This document shows positions 1 to 16,110 of a stretch of 64,000 nt of DNA, piece after piece. How positions within the stretch are numbered: position 1 is the stretch's first letter; every line of letters starts with the position of its first letter. Origin of the DNA: the human T2T-CHM13v2.0 reference genome, Homo sapiens. The translations under genes and the position numbers were made by a program. The notes under the pieces are model-generated. The model ran no database searches. It worked only from the letters and a program-made list of their open reading frames with translations, and was not told the DNA's origin. The stretch is taken from the NCBI RefSeq assembly GCF_009914755.1, contig NC_060940.1; one strand, given 5' to 3'.

Positions 1-112
1 TGCATGTAATCCCAACTACTCAGGAGGCTGAGGCCAGAGGATCACTTGAGAAGCCCAGGAGTTTAAGACCAGCCTGGGCAACATAGTGAGACTCTGCCTT
101 CATTAAAAAAAA
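1..112 (+). mobile_element. Alu (FLAM/AluJ-like) 3' part
   Basis: tgtaatcccaactactcaggaggctgagg...cctgggcaacatagtgagac followed by an A tail. Confidence 0.85.
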
Positions 113-467
113 TCATGTACATTTTTGTGCATGCTTTAGATCTTTCTTTTTTTTCACAAAGTATTCCTTTAGGACCATACCTTGAGACTATACTAGAATT
201 AATATTGATTATACTACTGGTAGGCAATTACTATATTAAGAATCCTTACTTCTCCTCCTTTGTATCAGTCAAAGCAAAAAAGAATGGGATTTGCCAAAAT
301 GTGATACCTACAAATGAATTGCTGTGTACAATAATCATAATCCTAACCAAACCCTATCAGACTGACTAGCATCGCTAGCAAACTGAGTCAAACTTCAAGA
401 ACATGCTTTCTGGACTAATGAACTAGTAGTAGTTAGAACAGAGTATACAGTAATGCTCCCATATCCA

Positions 468-1324
468 TGACATGGGTGAAAAAACACACTCAACATATTT
501 TTCCTCTGCTCTCACACCACAGCAACAATCACCAACACAGAAGACATCTCTGACCAAATGTTGGTGGGCGAGGGGGATTTATCCCCACCAACAAGCAAGC
601 AATCAGTTCAGCAGCAGACACCAGCTGAGTGTCCTCTAATTCCATTCCCACGTTGTCTAGCTAGAGATAGTGTCAGATCCCACAGCTGAAAGCTCAGTCC
701 CCAAGGCTTCCCCCTCCCCAAACCAGTCACAAGCCTGGGCCTTCAGAACCTCTGACCAACTATCTTCAAGGTTCTCACAACCCCCACCTTGGATTGGATT
801 AATTTGCTAGAGTAGTTCACAGAACTTAGGGAACCACTTACTTACATTTCCTGCTCATTGTAAAGGATATTAGAAAGGATGTAGATGAGGAAGTGCATAG
901 GGCAAGGCATGGGAGAAGGGGTGCAGAGTTCCATACCCTCTGAGGGTACACCACCGTCCAGGAACCACCACATATTCAGCTATCTAGAAGTTCTCTGAAC
1001 CCAGTCCTTTTGGGTTTTTATAGAAGTTTCATTACACAGGCATGACTGATTAAATCAATCGTCATTGGTGATCAACTTAAACTTCGGCCCCCCTCCCTTC
1101 CCATGAGATTGGAAGGTTGGAGGACGGGGCTGGAAGTCCTAACCCTCTAATCATGCCTTGGTCTTTCTGGTGACCAGCCCCCATCCTGAAGCTCATTAGG
1201 GGGCTGCCAGCCATAATGAATCATTCACATACAAAGGGACATCACTTTGGGGATTCTAAGGATTTTAGGAGTTGTATGCCAAGAAAAGGGTTCAAAGATC
1301 GAATACATATTTCACAGTATCACA
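468..1324. mobile_element. MER21-like solo LTR
   Basis: TG...CA ends, MER21-type body; flanked by tcca/tctg, consistent with a CpG-decayed TCCG duplication. Confidence 0.7.
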
Positions 1325-1367
1325 TCTGTGGTTTTGCTTTCTGTGGTTTTAGTCACCCACGGTCACC

Positions 1368-1738
1368 TGATATAGTTTTGCTGTGTCCCCACCCAAATCT
1401 CATCGAGAATTGTAGTTCCCATAATCCCCATGTGTCGTGGGAGGGACCCTGTGGGAGGTAATTGAATCATGGGGGCAGTTATCTGCTGTTCTCATGAGAG
1501 TAAGTGAGTTCTCACAAGATCCGATCGTTCTATAAGGGGCTTTTTCTACCCTTTGCTCTGCACTTCTCCTTGCTCTTGCCATATGAAAGAGGATGTGTTT
1601 GCTTCCCCTTCCACCATGATTGTAAGTTTCCTGAAGCCTCCCCAGCCCTGCGGAACTGCGAGTCAATTAAACCCCTTTCTTTATAAATTATCCAGTCTTG
1701 GGTATGTCTTTATTAGCAGTGTGAGAAATGCTAATACA
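1368..1738 (+). mobile_element. THE1 (MaLR) solo LTR
   Basis: tgatatagttttgctgtgtccccacccaaatctcatc...ctaataca; 5-bp TSD tcacc (1363-1367 / 1739-1743). Confidence 0.9.
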
Positions 1739-2189
1739 TCACCCATGGTCCAAAAATGTCAAATGGTAAATTCCAGCAATAAGCAATTCATAAGTTTTAT
1801 ATTGTGTGCTGTTTTCAGTAGCATGATAGACTCTCCAGCCATCCCATTCCATCCCATCCACAACATGAATATCCCTTTGTCTAGTGTATCTACACTGTAT
1901 ATGCTATGTGCCCATTAGTCACTGACTTCATCTCCTCCTGATATCCAACCAACATCATCATCAAGGCTCATTAATCCAAGATTACTGGAAGCAGATGATC
2001 CTCTTTCTGAAGGTTAATGGTAGCCTAACACTACTTCACATTGCCTATATCATTCACCTCACTTCATCCCATTACAGAGGCATTGTATTACCTCACATCA
2101 TCTTCATAAGAAGAAGTGTGAGTACAGTACAAGAAGATACTTTGAGGGAATATACATACATATATATGTATAAACTTTTTTATAGCATA

Positions 2190-2688
2190 TGTGAAGTCCT
2201 AATTAGAAAAAACAAAAAAAGAGTCAGGCTGGCAGGGCAAGAAGAAAGCAAAGAGATAAAGCAAATAAGCTATGTCTTCCTTTCTTCATGGTCCAGAAAC
2301 TATTTTTAAAAAGAGGAACCAAATAAGTTATAGGTCTCATTTTCTTTCTGGCCCAGGACATATGGCCCTCCAGCACAGATAATGTATATAAGTCACAAAC
2401 TTCCTGCTCACCGCCAAACACTTTAATGTATCAAACCCCTCAGCTGACAGAAGAATGCAAGTTAGATCCCTGCTACCTTGGCATTATCAGTCAGCCTAAG
2501 AACCATCCTATAAAATTTCCAGCAAGGCTTTGATCCCTGGCAGTAGGCTTTTCTTTTGCAGGCTGCCCATTGCCTTCTTGCAACATATTTTCATATCTTC
2601 TATAATGAATCTGCCTTTCTCTAACTGTCTTGGTAAATTATTTTACTGCCATGCCACTGGCCCAGATAGTTGGTACTCCCCTATGACA
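2190..2688 (+). mobile_element. Solo LTR (LTR47-like)
   Basis: tgtgaagtcctaattag...ctatgaca; near-perfect 5-bp TSD gcata/gtata. Confidence 0.65.
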
Positions 2689-3977
2689 GTATATTGTTAT
2701 CATTGTTCTATTTGATTATTAGTTATTGTTGTTAAGCTCAGACTGTGCCTAAATCTTACATTAAACTTTATCACAGATTTATATGTATAGAAACAACATT
2801 GCATATATAGGGTTTGGTACTATGCAAACTCTCAGGAATTCATTGTGGGTCTTGGAACATATCCCCCATGGATAAAGGGAGACAACTGTACTTATTTTGT
2901 TGTCATACAACATAGCTTCTCCAGCTCTTCAGTTAAAATGCTTTAGTTTAGAATAAAATGCCCTATCACAAGGAAGCTAGGTCTATGGGCATCATACTAT
3001 GTTTTATGGCAAAACATAGAAAATAGACCAGAGACAAAGATTCTTGCAAATCACTTTCAGCTGCCAGTGGAGAAGAGTTCAAGACAAATCAATGTACTCC
3101 TTCTCACTAATCCTCTTCTGGGAAAGAGGCTAGTTAAATTTACTTAGTTCTAGCTAATTTATCTGCCCTATGTGTGATATAAATAAGGTTCAAATTTACT
3201 TACCATTTTACCTCCCATGGAAAGAACTACTGAAAAGATCACTTCCTTAAGAGTTTGCCCACTCTGAACCCTACCACTTATTCAGAGAGAAGCTTAAGAA
3301 GGAACAGTGCGGAAGGGGTGCCAAATGTCCAGGGAGTACTATCTGATATAAAAAATATATAAAAACAAAATTATCAACTCACTCAAGCTACCCGAATTTG
3401 CCAAGAGTTATCACTGTGTCTAGTGAAAGAAAAAAAATTCTCTCTCACTTCATGTAAACCAAAACATTTTGATTCTCTTGGCATTTCTCATAACAGAGAA
3501 TCTGGATGTAGATGAGCCATGCTATAATAATATGGACTGTATTCAAACTAATTCCCGAAAGGAAGGGAATCAGTGACAAACATATTTGTTGACCTATGGT
3601 ATTCACTACCTGGTCTTATATTCCATTGCAAGGGATGTATGAAAGACTTTGTGATTTTAGTTTTATAAAGTACAACCTCTTGAGATTGTCCCTTCCTACT
3701 GCTAATGAGTCTATCAGGACCCACCTCATGGAGCAAAATGGTCCAGTTAGTGCTGTGTAGCACTGTGTAGTACCACGTGATGCCATTTTCCCCAACCCTC
3801 CCCATTATGTGGCAAGTGTCTATAGAAATCACACTTTCTCAGCATGTAAAGCATACGTCATCAGATCCTATGCTTATGAATAAAAGGAAAACTAAAGCAA
3901 GGACAGAGAACATCTTAAATGACTACATTCAATTACCACAGAACTTTAATTTTTTTAATATTCAAAATGATACCCAC

Positions 3978-4092
3978 TGATATAGTTTGGCTCTGTGTCC
4001 CCACCCAAATCTCATCTTGAATTGTACTCCCATAATCCCCATGTGTTGTGGGAGGGACCTGGTGAGAGATAATTGAATTATGGGGGCGGTTT
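3978..4092 (+). mobile_element. THE1 LTR 5' fragment
   Basis: Same 5' sequence as the THE1 at 1368, truncated after ~115 bp. Confidence 0.8.
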
Positions 4093-4216
4093 GTAAGTCT
4101 GATGAACTCTGTGGGAGATATTAAAAATGCGGAAGGAGGAGGCAGCCAAGATGGCCGAATAGGAACAGCTACGGTCTACAGCTCCCAGCGTGAGCGACGC
4201 AGAAGACGGGTGATTT

Positions 4217-4588
4217 CTACATTTCCAGCTGAGGTACCGGGTTCATCTCACTAGAGAGTGCCAAACAGTGGGCGCAGGACAGCAGGTGCAGCGCACCGAA
4301 CACGAGCCGAAGCAGGGCGAGGCATTGCCTCACCCGGGAAGCACAAGGGGTCAGGGAGTTCCCTTTCCTAGTCAAAGAAAAGGGTGACAGACGGCACCTG
4401 GAAAATCGGGTCACTCCCACACTAATACTCCGCTTTTCCGACGGGCTTAAAAAACGGTGCACCAGGAGATTATATCCTGCACCTGGCTCGGAAGGTCCTA
4501 CGCCCACGGAGTCTCGCTGATTGCTAGCACAGCAGTCTGAGATCAAACTGCAAGGTGGCAGCGAGGCTGGGGGAGGGGTGCCCGCCAT
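4217..4588 (-). CDS. L1 antisense ORF0-like reading frame (123 aa, C-terminally extended)
   Basis: MAGTPPPASLPPCSLISDCCASNQRDSVGVGPSEPG... matches L1 ORF0; open to the stop at 4217; expression not shown. Confidence 0.6.
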   Translation of the reverse strand: MAGTPPPASLPPCSLISDCCASNQRDSVGVGPSEPGAGYNLLVHRFLSPSEKRSISVGVTRFSRCRLSPFSLTRKGNSLTPCASRVRQCLALLRLVFGALHLLSCAHCLALSSEMNPVPQLEM

Positions 4589-5171
4589 TGCCCAGGCTTG
4601 AGTAGGTAAACAAAGCAGCCTGGAAGCTGGAACTGGGTGGAGCCCACCACAGCTCAAGGAGGCCTGCCTGCCTCTGTAGGCTCCACCTCTGAGGGCACAG
4701 CACAGACAAACAAAAAGACAGCAGTAACCTCTGCAGACTTTAATGTCCCTGTCTGACAGCTTTGAAGAGAGCAGTGGTTCTCCCAGCACGCAGCTGGAGA
4801 TCTGAGAACGGGCAGACTGCCTCCTCAAGTGGGTCCCTGAGCCCTGACCCCTGAGCAGCCTAACTGGGAGGCACCACCCAGTAGGGGCGGACTGACACCT
4901 CACACGGCCAGGTACTCCTCTGAGACAAAACTTCCAGAGGAATGATCAGACAGCATCATTCGCAGTTCACGAAAATACGCTGTTCTCCAGCCACTGCTGC
5001 TGATACACAGGCAAACAGGGTCTGGAGTGGACCTCTAGCAAACTCCAACAGACCTGCAGCTGAGGGTCCTGTCTGTTAGAAGGAAAACTAACAAACAGAA
5101 AGGACATCCACACCAAAAATCCATCTGTACATCACCATCATCAAAGACCAAAAGTAGATAAAACCACAAAG

Positions 5172-6188
5172 ATGGGGAAAAACCAGAGCAGAAAAACTGG
5201 AAACTCTAAAAAGGAGAGCGCCTCTCCTCCTCCAAAGGAACGCAGTTCCTCACCAGCAATGGAACAAAGCTAGACGGAGAATGACTTTGACGAGTTGAGA
5301 GAAGAAGTCTTCAGACGATCAAACTACTCCGAGCTACAGGAGGAAATTCAAACCAAAGGCAAAGAAGTTAAAAACTTTGAAAAAAATTTAGACGAATGTA
5401 TAACTAGAATACCCAATACAGAGAAGTGCTTAAAGGAGCTGATGGAGCTGAAAGCCAAGGCTCAAGAACTACGTGAAGAATGCACAAGCCTCAGGAGCCG
5501 ATCCCATCAACTGGAAGAAAGGGTATCAGTGATGGAAGATGAAATGAATGAAATGAAGGGAGAAGGGAAGTTTAGAGAAAAAAGAATAAAAAGAAACAAA
5601 CAAAGCCTCCAAGAAATATGGGACTATGTGAAAAGACCAAATCTACGTCTGATTGGTGTACCTGAAAGTGACGGGGAGAATGGAACCAAGTTGGAAAACA
5701 CTCTGCACGATATTATCCAGGAGAACTTCCCCAATCTAGGAAGGCAGGCCAACATTCAGATTCAGGAAATACAGAGAACGCCACAAAGATACTCCTCGAG
5801 AAGAGCAACTCCAAGACACATAATTGTCAGATTCACCAAAGTTGTAATGAAGGAAAAAATGTTAAGGGCAGCCAGAGAGAAAGGTCAGGTTACCCACAAA
5901 GGGAAGCCCATCAGACTAACAGCTGATCTCTCGGCAGAAACTCTACAAGCCAGAAGAGAGTGGGGGCCAATATTCAACATTCTTAAAGAAAAGAATTTTC
6001 ATCCTAGAATTTCATATCCAGCCAAACTAAGCTTCATAAGTGAAGGAGAAATAAAATACTTTACAGACAAGCAAATGCTGAGAGATTTTGTCACCACCAG
6101 GTCTGCCCTAAAAGAGCTCCTGAAGGAAGCACTAAACATGGAAAGGAACAACTGGTACCAGCCACTGCAGAATCATGTCAAATTGTAA
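5172..6188 (+). pseudogene. L1 ORF1p, disrupted
   Basis: ATGGGGAAA start; in-frame TAG at 5271-5273 (codon 34, normally Trp); remainder open (RPNLRLIGVPE, YPAKLSF). Confidence 0.95.
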
Positions 6189-6251
6189 AGACCATCGAGG
6201 CTAGGAAGAAACTTCATCAACTAACGAGCAAAATAACCAGCTAACATCATA

Positions 6252-10079
<3,828 letters not shown>

Positions 10080-10344
10080 AACAATGAGAACACATGGACA
10101 CAGGAAGGGGAACATCACACTCTGGGGACTGTTGTGGGGTGGGGGGAGGGGGAGAGATAGCATTAGGAGATATACCTAATGCTAAATGACGAGTTAATGG
10201 GTGCAGCACACCAGCATGGCACATGTATACATATGTAACTAACCTGCTCATTGTGCACATGTACCCTAAAACTTAAAGTATAATAATAATAAAATAAAAT
10301 AAAATAAAATAAAATAAAATAAAATAAAATAAAATAAACTACAA

Positions 10345-11480
10345 AACATATCTCTCCATTTATTTAGGTTTTTCTTTAAATTTTGTCAAAATTGTTTTGT
10401 AGTTTTCTGTTTAAAAATTATAAACTTGTTTCACTAGTTACTCCTAAATATTTACTTTTTTGTACCATTGCAAATCATATCTTTATTTTCATTTTATAAT
10501 TGTTTGTGGCAAAATACAGAAATACAATTTTTGAACATAGGATTATAATTTTAAATTGATGATGTATCAAGCAGCTCTGATAAATTTGCTCATTAACTGA
10601 AATACAATAATATAATAACCAGTGTATAGATTCTTATTTTTTCTACCTATTAATTATATCGTCAATGAGTAATGGAAATTCTATTTCTTCCCTTTTAATC
10701 CTTATCTTTCTTATTCTGTTTTGCCTGTGGTACTGGCTAGGACTTCCAGTACACTGTTGAACAGAAGTGATGATAGTAGACATTCTTGTCTCATTCCTAA
10801 TCTCTGTGAGCAAGAATTTAAAATTTTCCTTTAAACATGATTGTTGTAGGTTTCTGTGAGTACCCCTTAACATGAAAGGGTGTTGAATTTGATCAAATAT
10901 GTTTTCTACATCTATTAAGATGATTTTTCTTCCTCCTTTATTTTGTAATATGAAGAATTACATTTTTATTTTTGTTAATTAATACCAATATTGCACTCCT
11001 AAAAATAATTCAACTTGTGTTATATCTTTCCTTTTTATATATCACTAGATTTCATTTGATCGTATTTTATTAAAGCTTTTCCCATTTGTGGTCATGATGG
11101 GGACTGAATTATAATTTGGTGCCCATGTAAGGTTTTTATATGAAGATTACATAGGCCTCATAAAATGAGGTTGGAAATGTTCTTCCTGCTTCTAAACTCT
11201 CAAAGAGTTTATGTAAGAGTCATACTATATCCTTCTTAAATTTTAAAATAACTTACCAACGAAGCCATCTGAACCTGGAGTTACTCTTCAGATTTTCTAA
11301 TTATTCTTCAGCTACTTTTGGTAAGTTGAGTTTTTCAAGGAATTCATTCTTTTCATTAAAATTTTCAAATGCATTGGTATAAAAGTATAAGATCCTCTTA
11401 GCATCTTTTTTATGTCTGTGTACTCTGTAGTGATGTCCCTTTTTTCATTCCTGATATTGGTAACATTTCTTATATGTAGA
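10345..11480 (-). mobile_element. Old L1M ORF2 fragments
   Basis: Degenerate antisense L1 sequence (gacttccagtacactgttgaa, aagccatctgaacctggag); boundaries approximate. Confidence 0.7.
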
Positions 11481-11809
11481 TCTCCTAGTAGTGAACTTTC
11501 TGTTTTTTTCTTAAAATATTATTTCATTTTTAAAAGACATTTTAATATAGAATACAATGTTCACAGCCTTTTAAAAAAGTTTAGTATTCAATGTTATTCC
11601 ATTGTCTCTGGCATTCATCAGAGATGGACCACAGCATTCTGAAAGACAGGTGCATTTCACCAGCACTGCAACCCCTGAACAGTAATAACCAATAAATTAT
11701 TGACTCATGAACTAAGCTAGGCTCCTCCAATGATAATTTTGTAAACATTTTTTGTAAAGAAAGCTACAAATATTTATTATTATTATTATTATCATCATCA
11801 TTATTATTT

Positions 11810-12082
11810 AGAGATGGGATCTCGCTCTGTCACACAGGCTGGAGTGCAGCAGCGTGATCACAGCTCACTGTGGCCTTGAACTCCTGGGCTCAAGCGATCC
11901 TCCTGTCTTCCTGAGTAGCTGGGACTACAGTCATGTGCCATCACACCTGGCTTATTTTTAAATTTTTTGTAGGGACAGGGTCTTGCCATGTTGCCCAGGC
12001 TGGTCTCAAATTCCTGGCCTCAAACGATCCTCCCCCCATGGCCTCCCAAAGTGCTTATAGGCATAAGCCACCACACCCAGCC
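11810..12082 (-). mobile_element. AluJ
   Basis: Antisense Alu with an (ATT/ATC)n tail. Confidence 0.85.
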
Positions 12083-12419
12083 ATCAATATTTTTTTGCTC
12101 CTTAGAAAATAATGTATAACTTTTCACTGGTGGCTTTTAGGATTTTCTCTTTGTAGTTGGTTTTCAGCCATTTTACTCTCATGTTCTTAAATGTGGTTTT
12201 CTTTGTGTCTATCCTATGGCCCCACAAATCCTGACAGGCTTGGTTACTGCCCATTGCCCTTAAACAGTTGTGGTGATTGCTTATGTTGCTTAGTTTTTAC
12301 TAGATTTTATAGTTATTCTATAAAATACAAGTTACTTCATCATATACAGATAGAACCAGGTGAACCAGCTTTACGGGTAATTCTAGTTACCCTGCTCTGG
12401 TTAAAAATTACTGTTTAGG

Positions 12420-12985
12420 TTATTAATTTAAACAAAGCTATAGCAATCAAAAGTATGTGATATTGATATAAGGATAGAATAAATATAAAAGGAATAGAAT
12501 TGAGAGTCCAGAAATAAACCCATACATCTATGATCAATTGATTTTCTCTAAGGGTACCAAAATCATTCAGTGGAGAAAGAACAATGTTTTCAACAACTGA
12601 TGCTAGGACAACTGAATATCTGGACCAAAAAAGATAAAAATGGACTGTCATCTCACACCACATACAAAAATTAACTCTAATTTATTAAGGATTCAAATAA
12701 AAGAGCTAAAACCGAAGAAAACTTTGGTGTAAACCTTCAGGAGTTTGGATTATCTTTATGATATCAAAAGAAGCAACAAAATAAAATATAAATTGAACTT
12801 TACCAAATTCAAAATCATTTATGCTTCAAAGGACATCAGGAAAGAAAAAAGACAACTAACAAAATGTGAAAAAATATTTGCAATTATCTACCTGATAAAG
12901 GTCTAATATCCAGAATATATGAATAACTCTTACAACTCAACAATAAAAAGCCTGATTTTAAAATGGGCAAAGGATTTGAATATAC
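12420..12985 (+). mobile_element. Old L1M ORF2 3' fragment
   Basis: aaagctatagcaatcaaaagtatgtgatattg...aaatgggcaaaggatttgaat. Confidence 0.75.
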
Positions 12986-14313
12986 ATGTCTCCAGAAAAT
13001 CATTGAGGAGAAAGTATGTATCCCAAAACAAGTTTTTAATGCAGACAAAAGTGCCCTATTCTGGAAAATAATGCCAAAAAGGACATTTATTAGTGGGGAA
13101 GAGAAGCAAGCACCAGGATTTAAGAAGGGTAAGCTAGCTCTAATGTTTTGTGCAAATGCAGTTAGGTTTAAAATCACGACTGCCCTTATCCATAAAACTG
13201 CTAACCCTCAAGCCTTGAAGGGAAAAGATAAACTCCTGCTGGCATCTTTTGATTGTATAACAAGAAGGTTTGGAAAACCAGAATTCTTTTTCTAGATTGG
13301 TTCCATCAATGCTTTGTCCCTGAAGCAAGGAAGAGACTGCCTTTTAAAGTTCTTTTGATATTGGACAATGCCTCTGGCCACCCAAACTCTATGAATTCAA
13401 CACCAAAGGCATTGAAGTGGTCTACTTGGCTCCAAATATGATATCAGCCTCTACATTAGGGGGTCATAAGAACCTTGAAAGGCTCATTACACATGGTACT
13501 CTATGGAAAGAATTGTCAACACTGTGGAAGAAAACGCTGACAGAGAGAACATGAAAGGCTTCAGTAGGATGCCACATCAAGCCCCAAACAATAAACTCCT
13601 GCTGGAGAAAGCTGTGTCCAGATGTCGTGCATGACTGCACAGGATTTATAACAGAGCTAAACAAGGAGATCATGAAAGAGATTGTGGAAATGGCAAGAAA
13701 AAAAATGGTGAAGGGTGAAAGGTTTCAAGATATGACTATTGGGAGAAATTCAAGAGTTAATATACACCACACCAGAGGAATTAACTGAAGATGACTTGAT
13801 AGGGATGAATGCTTCCAAACCAGTGCCAGATGATAAGGAAGAAGACGTAGAAGAAGCAATGCAAGGAAACAAATTGACATTAGACAATCTGGTAGAAGAG
13901 TTCCAATTATTCATGACTGCTTTGACTTATTTTATGACATGGACCCTTCTATGATATGGACACTGAAACTAAAGCAAACAGTGAAAGATTGGTATCATAG
14001 AGAAATATTCTTAGAGAAATGAAAAGCCAATAACGTCAGACAAGAAATTATGATGTATTTCCGTAAAGTTAAACCAAGTGTCCTTGCCTCTTCTGCCTCC
14101 TCTTCCACCGCCTCCACCTCCTCCATCTCTCCCACTCCTGAGATAGCAAAACCAACTCCTCTTCCTACTCTACTTGAAGATGATGAGAATGAGGATGATG
14201 ATCCACTTACACTTAATGAAGTCAACATATTCTATCTTCCTTATGATTTTATTAACAATATTTTCTTTTCTCTAGCTGTGTTATTGTAAGAAACAGTATT
14301 ATATAAATATGCC
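12986..14313 (+). mobile_element. Tigger2 fragment with transposase remnants, lacking the 3' TIR
   Basis: QVFNADKSALFWKIMPKRTFI and VLLILDNASGH (pogo/Tigger DDE-family motifs); 3' part matches the Tigger2a at 21650-21830 but stops at the A tail. Confidence 0.85.
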
Positions 14314-14349
14314 ATAAAAAAATAAAAATAAAAATAAAAATGCGGAAGG

Positions 14350-14458
14350 CTATGCACATCAGGGGGTCGTGGGGTATATGAGAGATCTCTGTACCTTACT
14401 CTCAATTTGCTGTGAATCTAAAACTATGTTAAATAATACAGTTATTAATTTAAAAAAA
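14350..14458 (+). mobile_element. L1MC/MD-type 3' end (right half of the L1PA target site)
   Basis: ctatgcacatcaggggg...ggtatatgagagatctctgtacc...tgctgtgaatctaaaact continues the sequence at 4105-4136. Confidence 0.7.
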
Positions 14459-15029
14459 GATATTTCCTGAACTTGCTATTATCCTATATTATAAAAAGAT
14501 ATAGTCAGCTTGAAAATTGCAAATAAAGATCAAAGTAATATAATATGAATATTATCTCCCAAATTGAAATATACAAAAACACATAAAGCAAATAATTTTA
14601 ATCGCATACTTGGGTAAAAAAATGGATAAAAATGATTGAATATTTTATCTTATTTCATAATTACAAGCAGGGATTTAACACAACATGAATCAAAACTGGT
14701 CCATCCATATAATTAGGATAAATGATAATTTTTACTTTAATTTTGAATCAAAAATTATTATGCTTATTTTATCCAACAATTTTACTGAAAGTTTAATGAG
14801 ATAAGGACAGATCATAATGACCTAATATTGCCATAGTAACTTTTGTACAAATATCTGCCAACTCTTCACCAAATGTCAAAACTGTAAGCAGCATTGCAAC
14901 TTAATATGAATAATGCAACTGAAACCAGTACCATGTTATGTTATATCATATTATTTGCTGTTAAAATAAAATTTTAAGACAACACCAAAAATTATGCCAG
15001 GGCCATAGCTACCACACAGCAAAGATTTT

Positions 15030-15577
15030 ATACAGTAGGCATGAGATGAGACCACCATCCTTAGAAAGGCCTTATTACAAGAATGGCCCTGGGCTGGTGT
15101 TGGGACCTTGGATTTGGGAGGGCTCTCACCATTCCCTTACTGAGAAGAGTGGCTCGCTGTGCCTAAACTGTTTGTGCAAATGTAGCTTACTCTGAACAGC
15201 TGATTTTCTTCTGGGAGTCTAGAATTTTGGTATATGTGAGGGAGAGGATGCCTATGTGACTAGCCTCCATCAAAAACATGCATACTGGGACTTCAGTGAG
15301 AATCTGCTACTGGTAGACAACTTGTGTTGTCAGAATCTGAGGCTGGGGGAATTAAGCACATTCTGGTAACTGCACAGGAGAAGATTCCTAGAGCTTTGTG
15401 TTTGCTTCCCTCCAGACTTCACCACGTGCACCTTTTCCCTTTGCAAATTTTTCTCTGTACCATTTTATTGTATTAAATGTAATAAATCAAAGCCCTGAGT
15501 ATGAATATTTGCTAAGAGCTGTGAGTCCTTCTCAGTTAATCACCAAACCTGAGGTGGTCTTGGGAGTCTCTGAAACA
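15030..15577 (+). mobile_element. ERVL LTR (MER68/MER77-like)
   Basis: gtgcctaaactgtttgtgcaaa...ctgggagtctagaattttgg...gtggtcttgggagtctctgaaaca; left boundary approximate. Confidence 0.65.
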
Positions 15578-15937
15578 ACTGCATCATAGAAAATTTTTAT
15601 TATTTGATGTGTTATATGTAACTACAATCAGAAGGTTGCTTTGCAGAGCATCTGTCCCTAATGTTTTTTTTATTTTATTTTTTCATATTTGCCTTTCAGA
15701 TTCCTATATTTCTATAAACATTTGATGAAAGGTATCAACAAATACATAAAACAATGATGGAAGAAAGTAATGTGAAACAAGCAACAATCCTATTTTGACC
15801 AGAATAAATTTAGAAACCTTGATGATTCACAATATGTTCTACAATACAAAAGTTTCTAGAAAAAGTGTTTAAAAGATCATCGTAATTTTCTCTAACTCAG
15901 CAGGGCTTCATTCATTTTTATAATGATCATGCATCTG

Positions 15938-16110
15938 GTTGGGTGCAGTGGCACATGCCTGTAGTCCTAGCTGCTCCTTTGGCTGAGGCAGAAGGACTGC
16001 TTGAGGCCAGGAATTCAAGCCACAGTCATTCTTGTCAATAGCTACTGCATGCCAGCCTGGGTAACATAGTGAGACCCCATCTCTTTAAAAAAACTAAATA
16101 AATAAATAAA
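15938..16110 (+). mobile_element. FAM (fossil Alu monomer)
   Basis: Monomeric Alu with the tgtcaatagctactgca segment typical of FAM, plus A tail. Confidence 0.7.

Larger units (their letters stand above)
448..2888. mobile_element. MER44/Tigger7-type DNA transposon, interrupted by three LTRs
   Basis: Terminal inverted repeats cagtaatgctcccatatcc (448) and ggataaagggagacaactg (2888) flanked by TA; internal pieces at 1325-1367, 1739-2189 and 2689-2888. Confidence 0.75.
10339..14335 (+). other. Putative L1-mediated 3' transduced segment (~4 kb) with a second A-rich tail
   Basis: Lies between the L1 tail and an A-rich tail (14314-14335) that is followed by the TSD aaaaatgcggaagg (14336-14349), identical to 4123-4136. 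Confidence 0.85.

Noticed and set aside
250-307. Possible minus-strand exon; also a strong donor near 3203
   Set aside because: Splice-like motifs only, no homology evidence.
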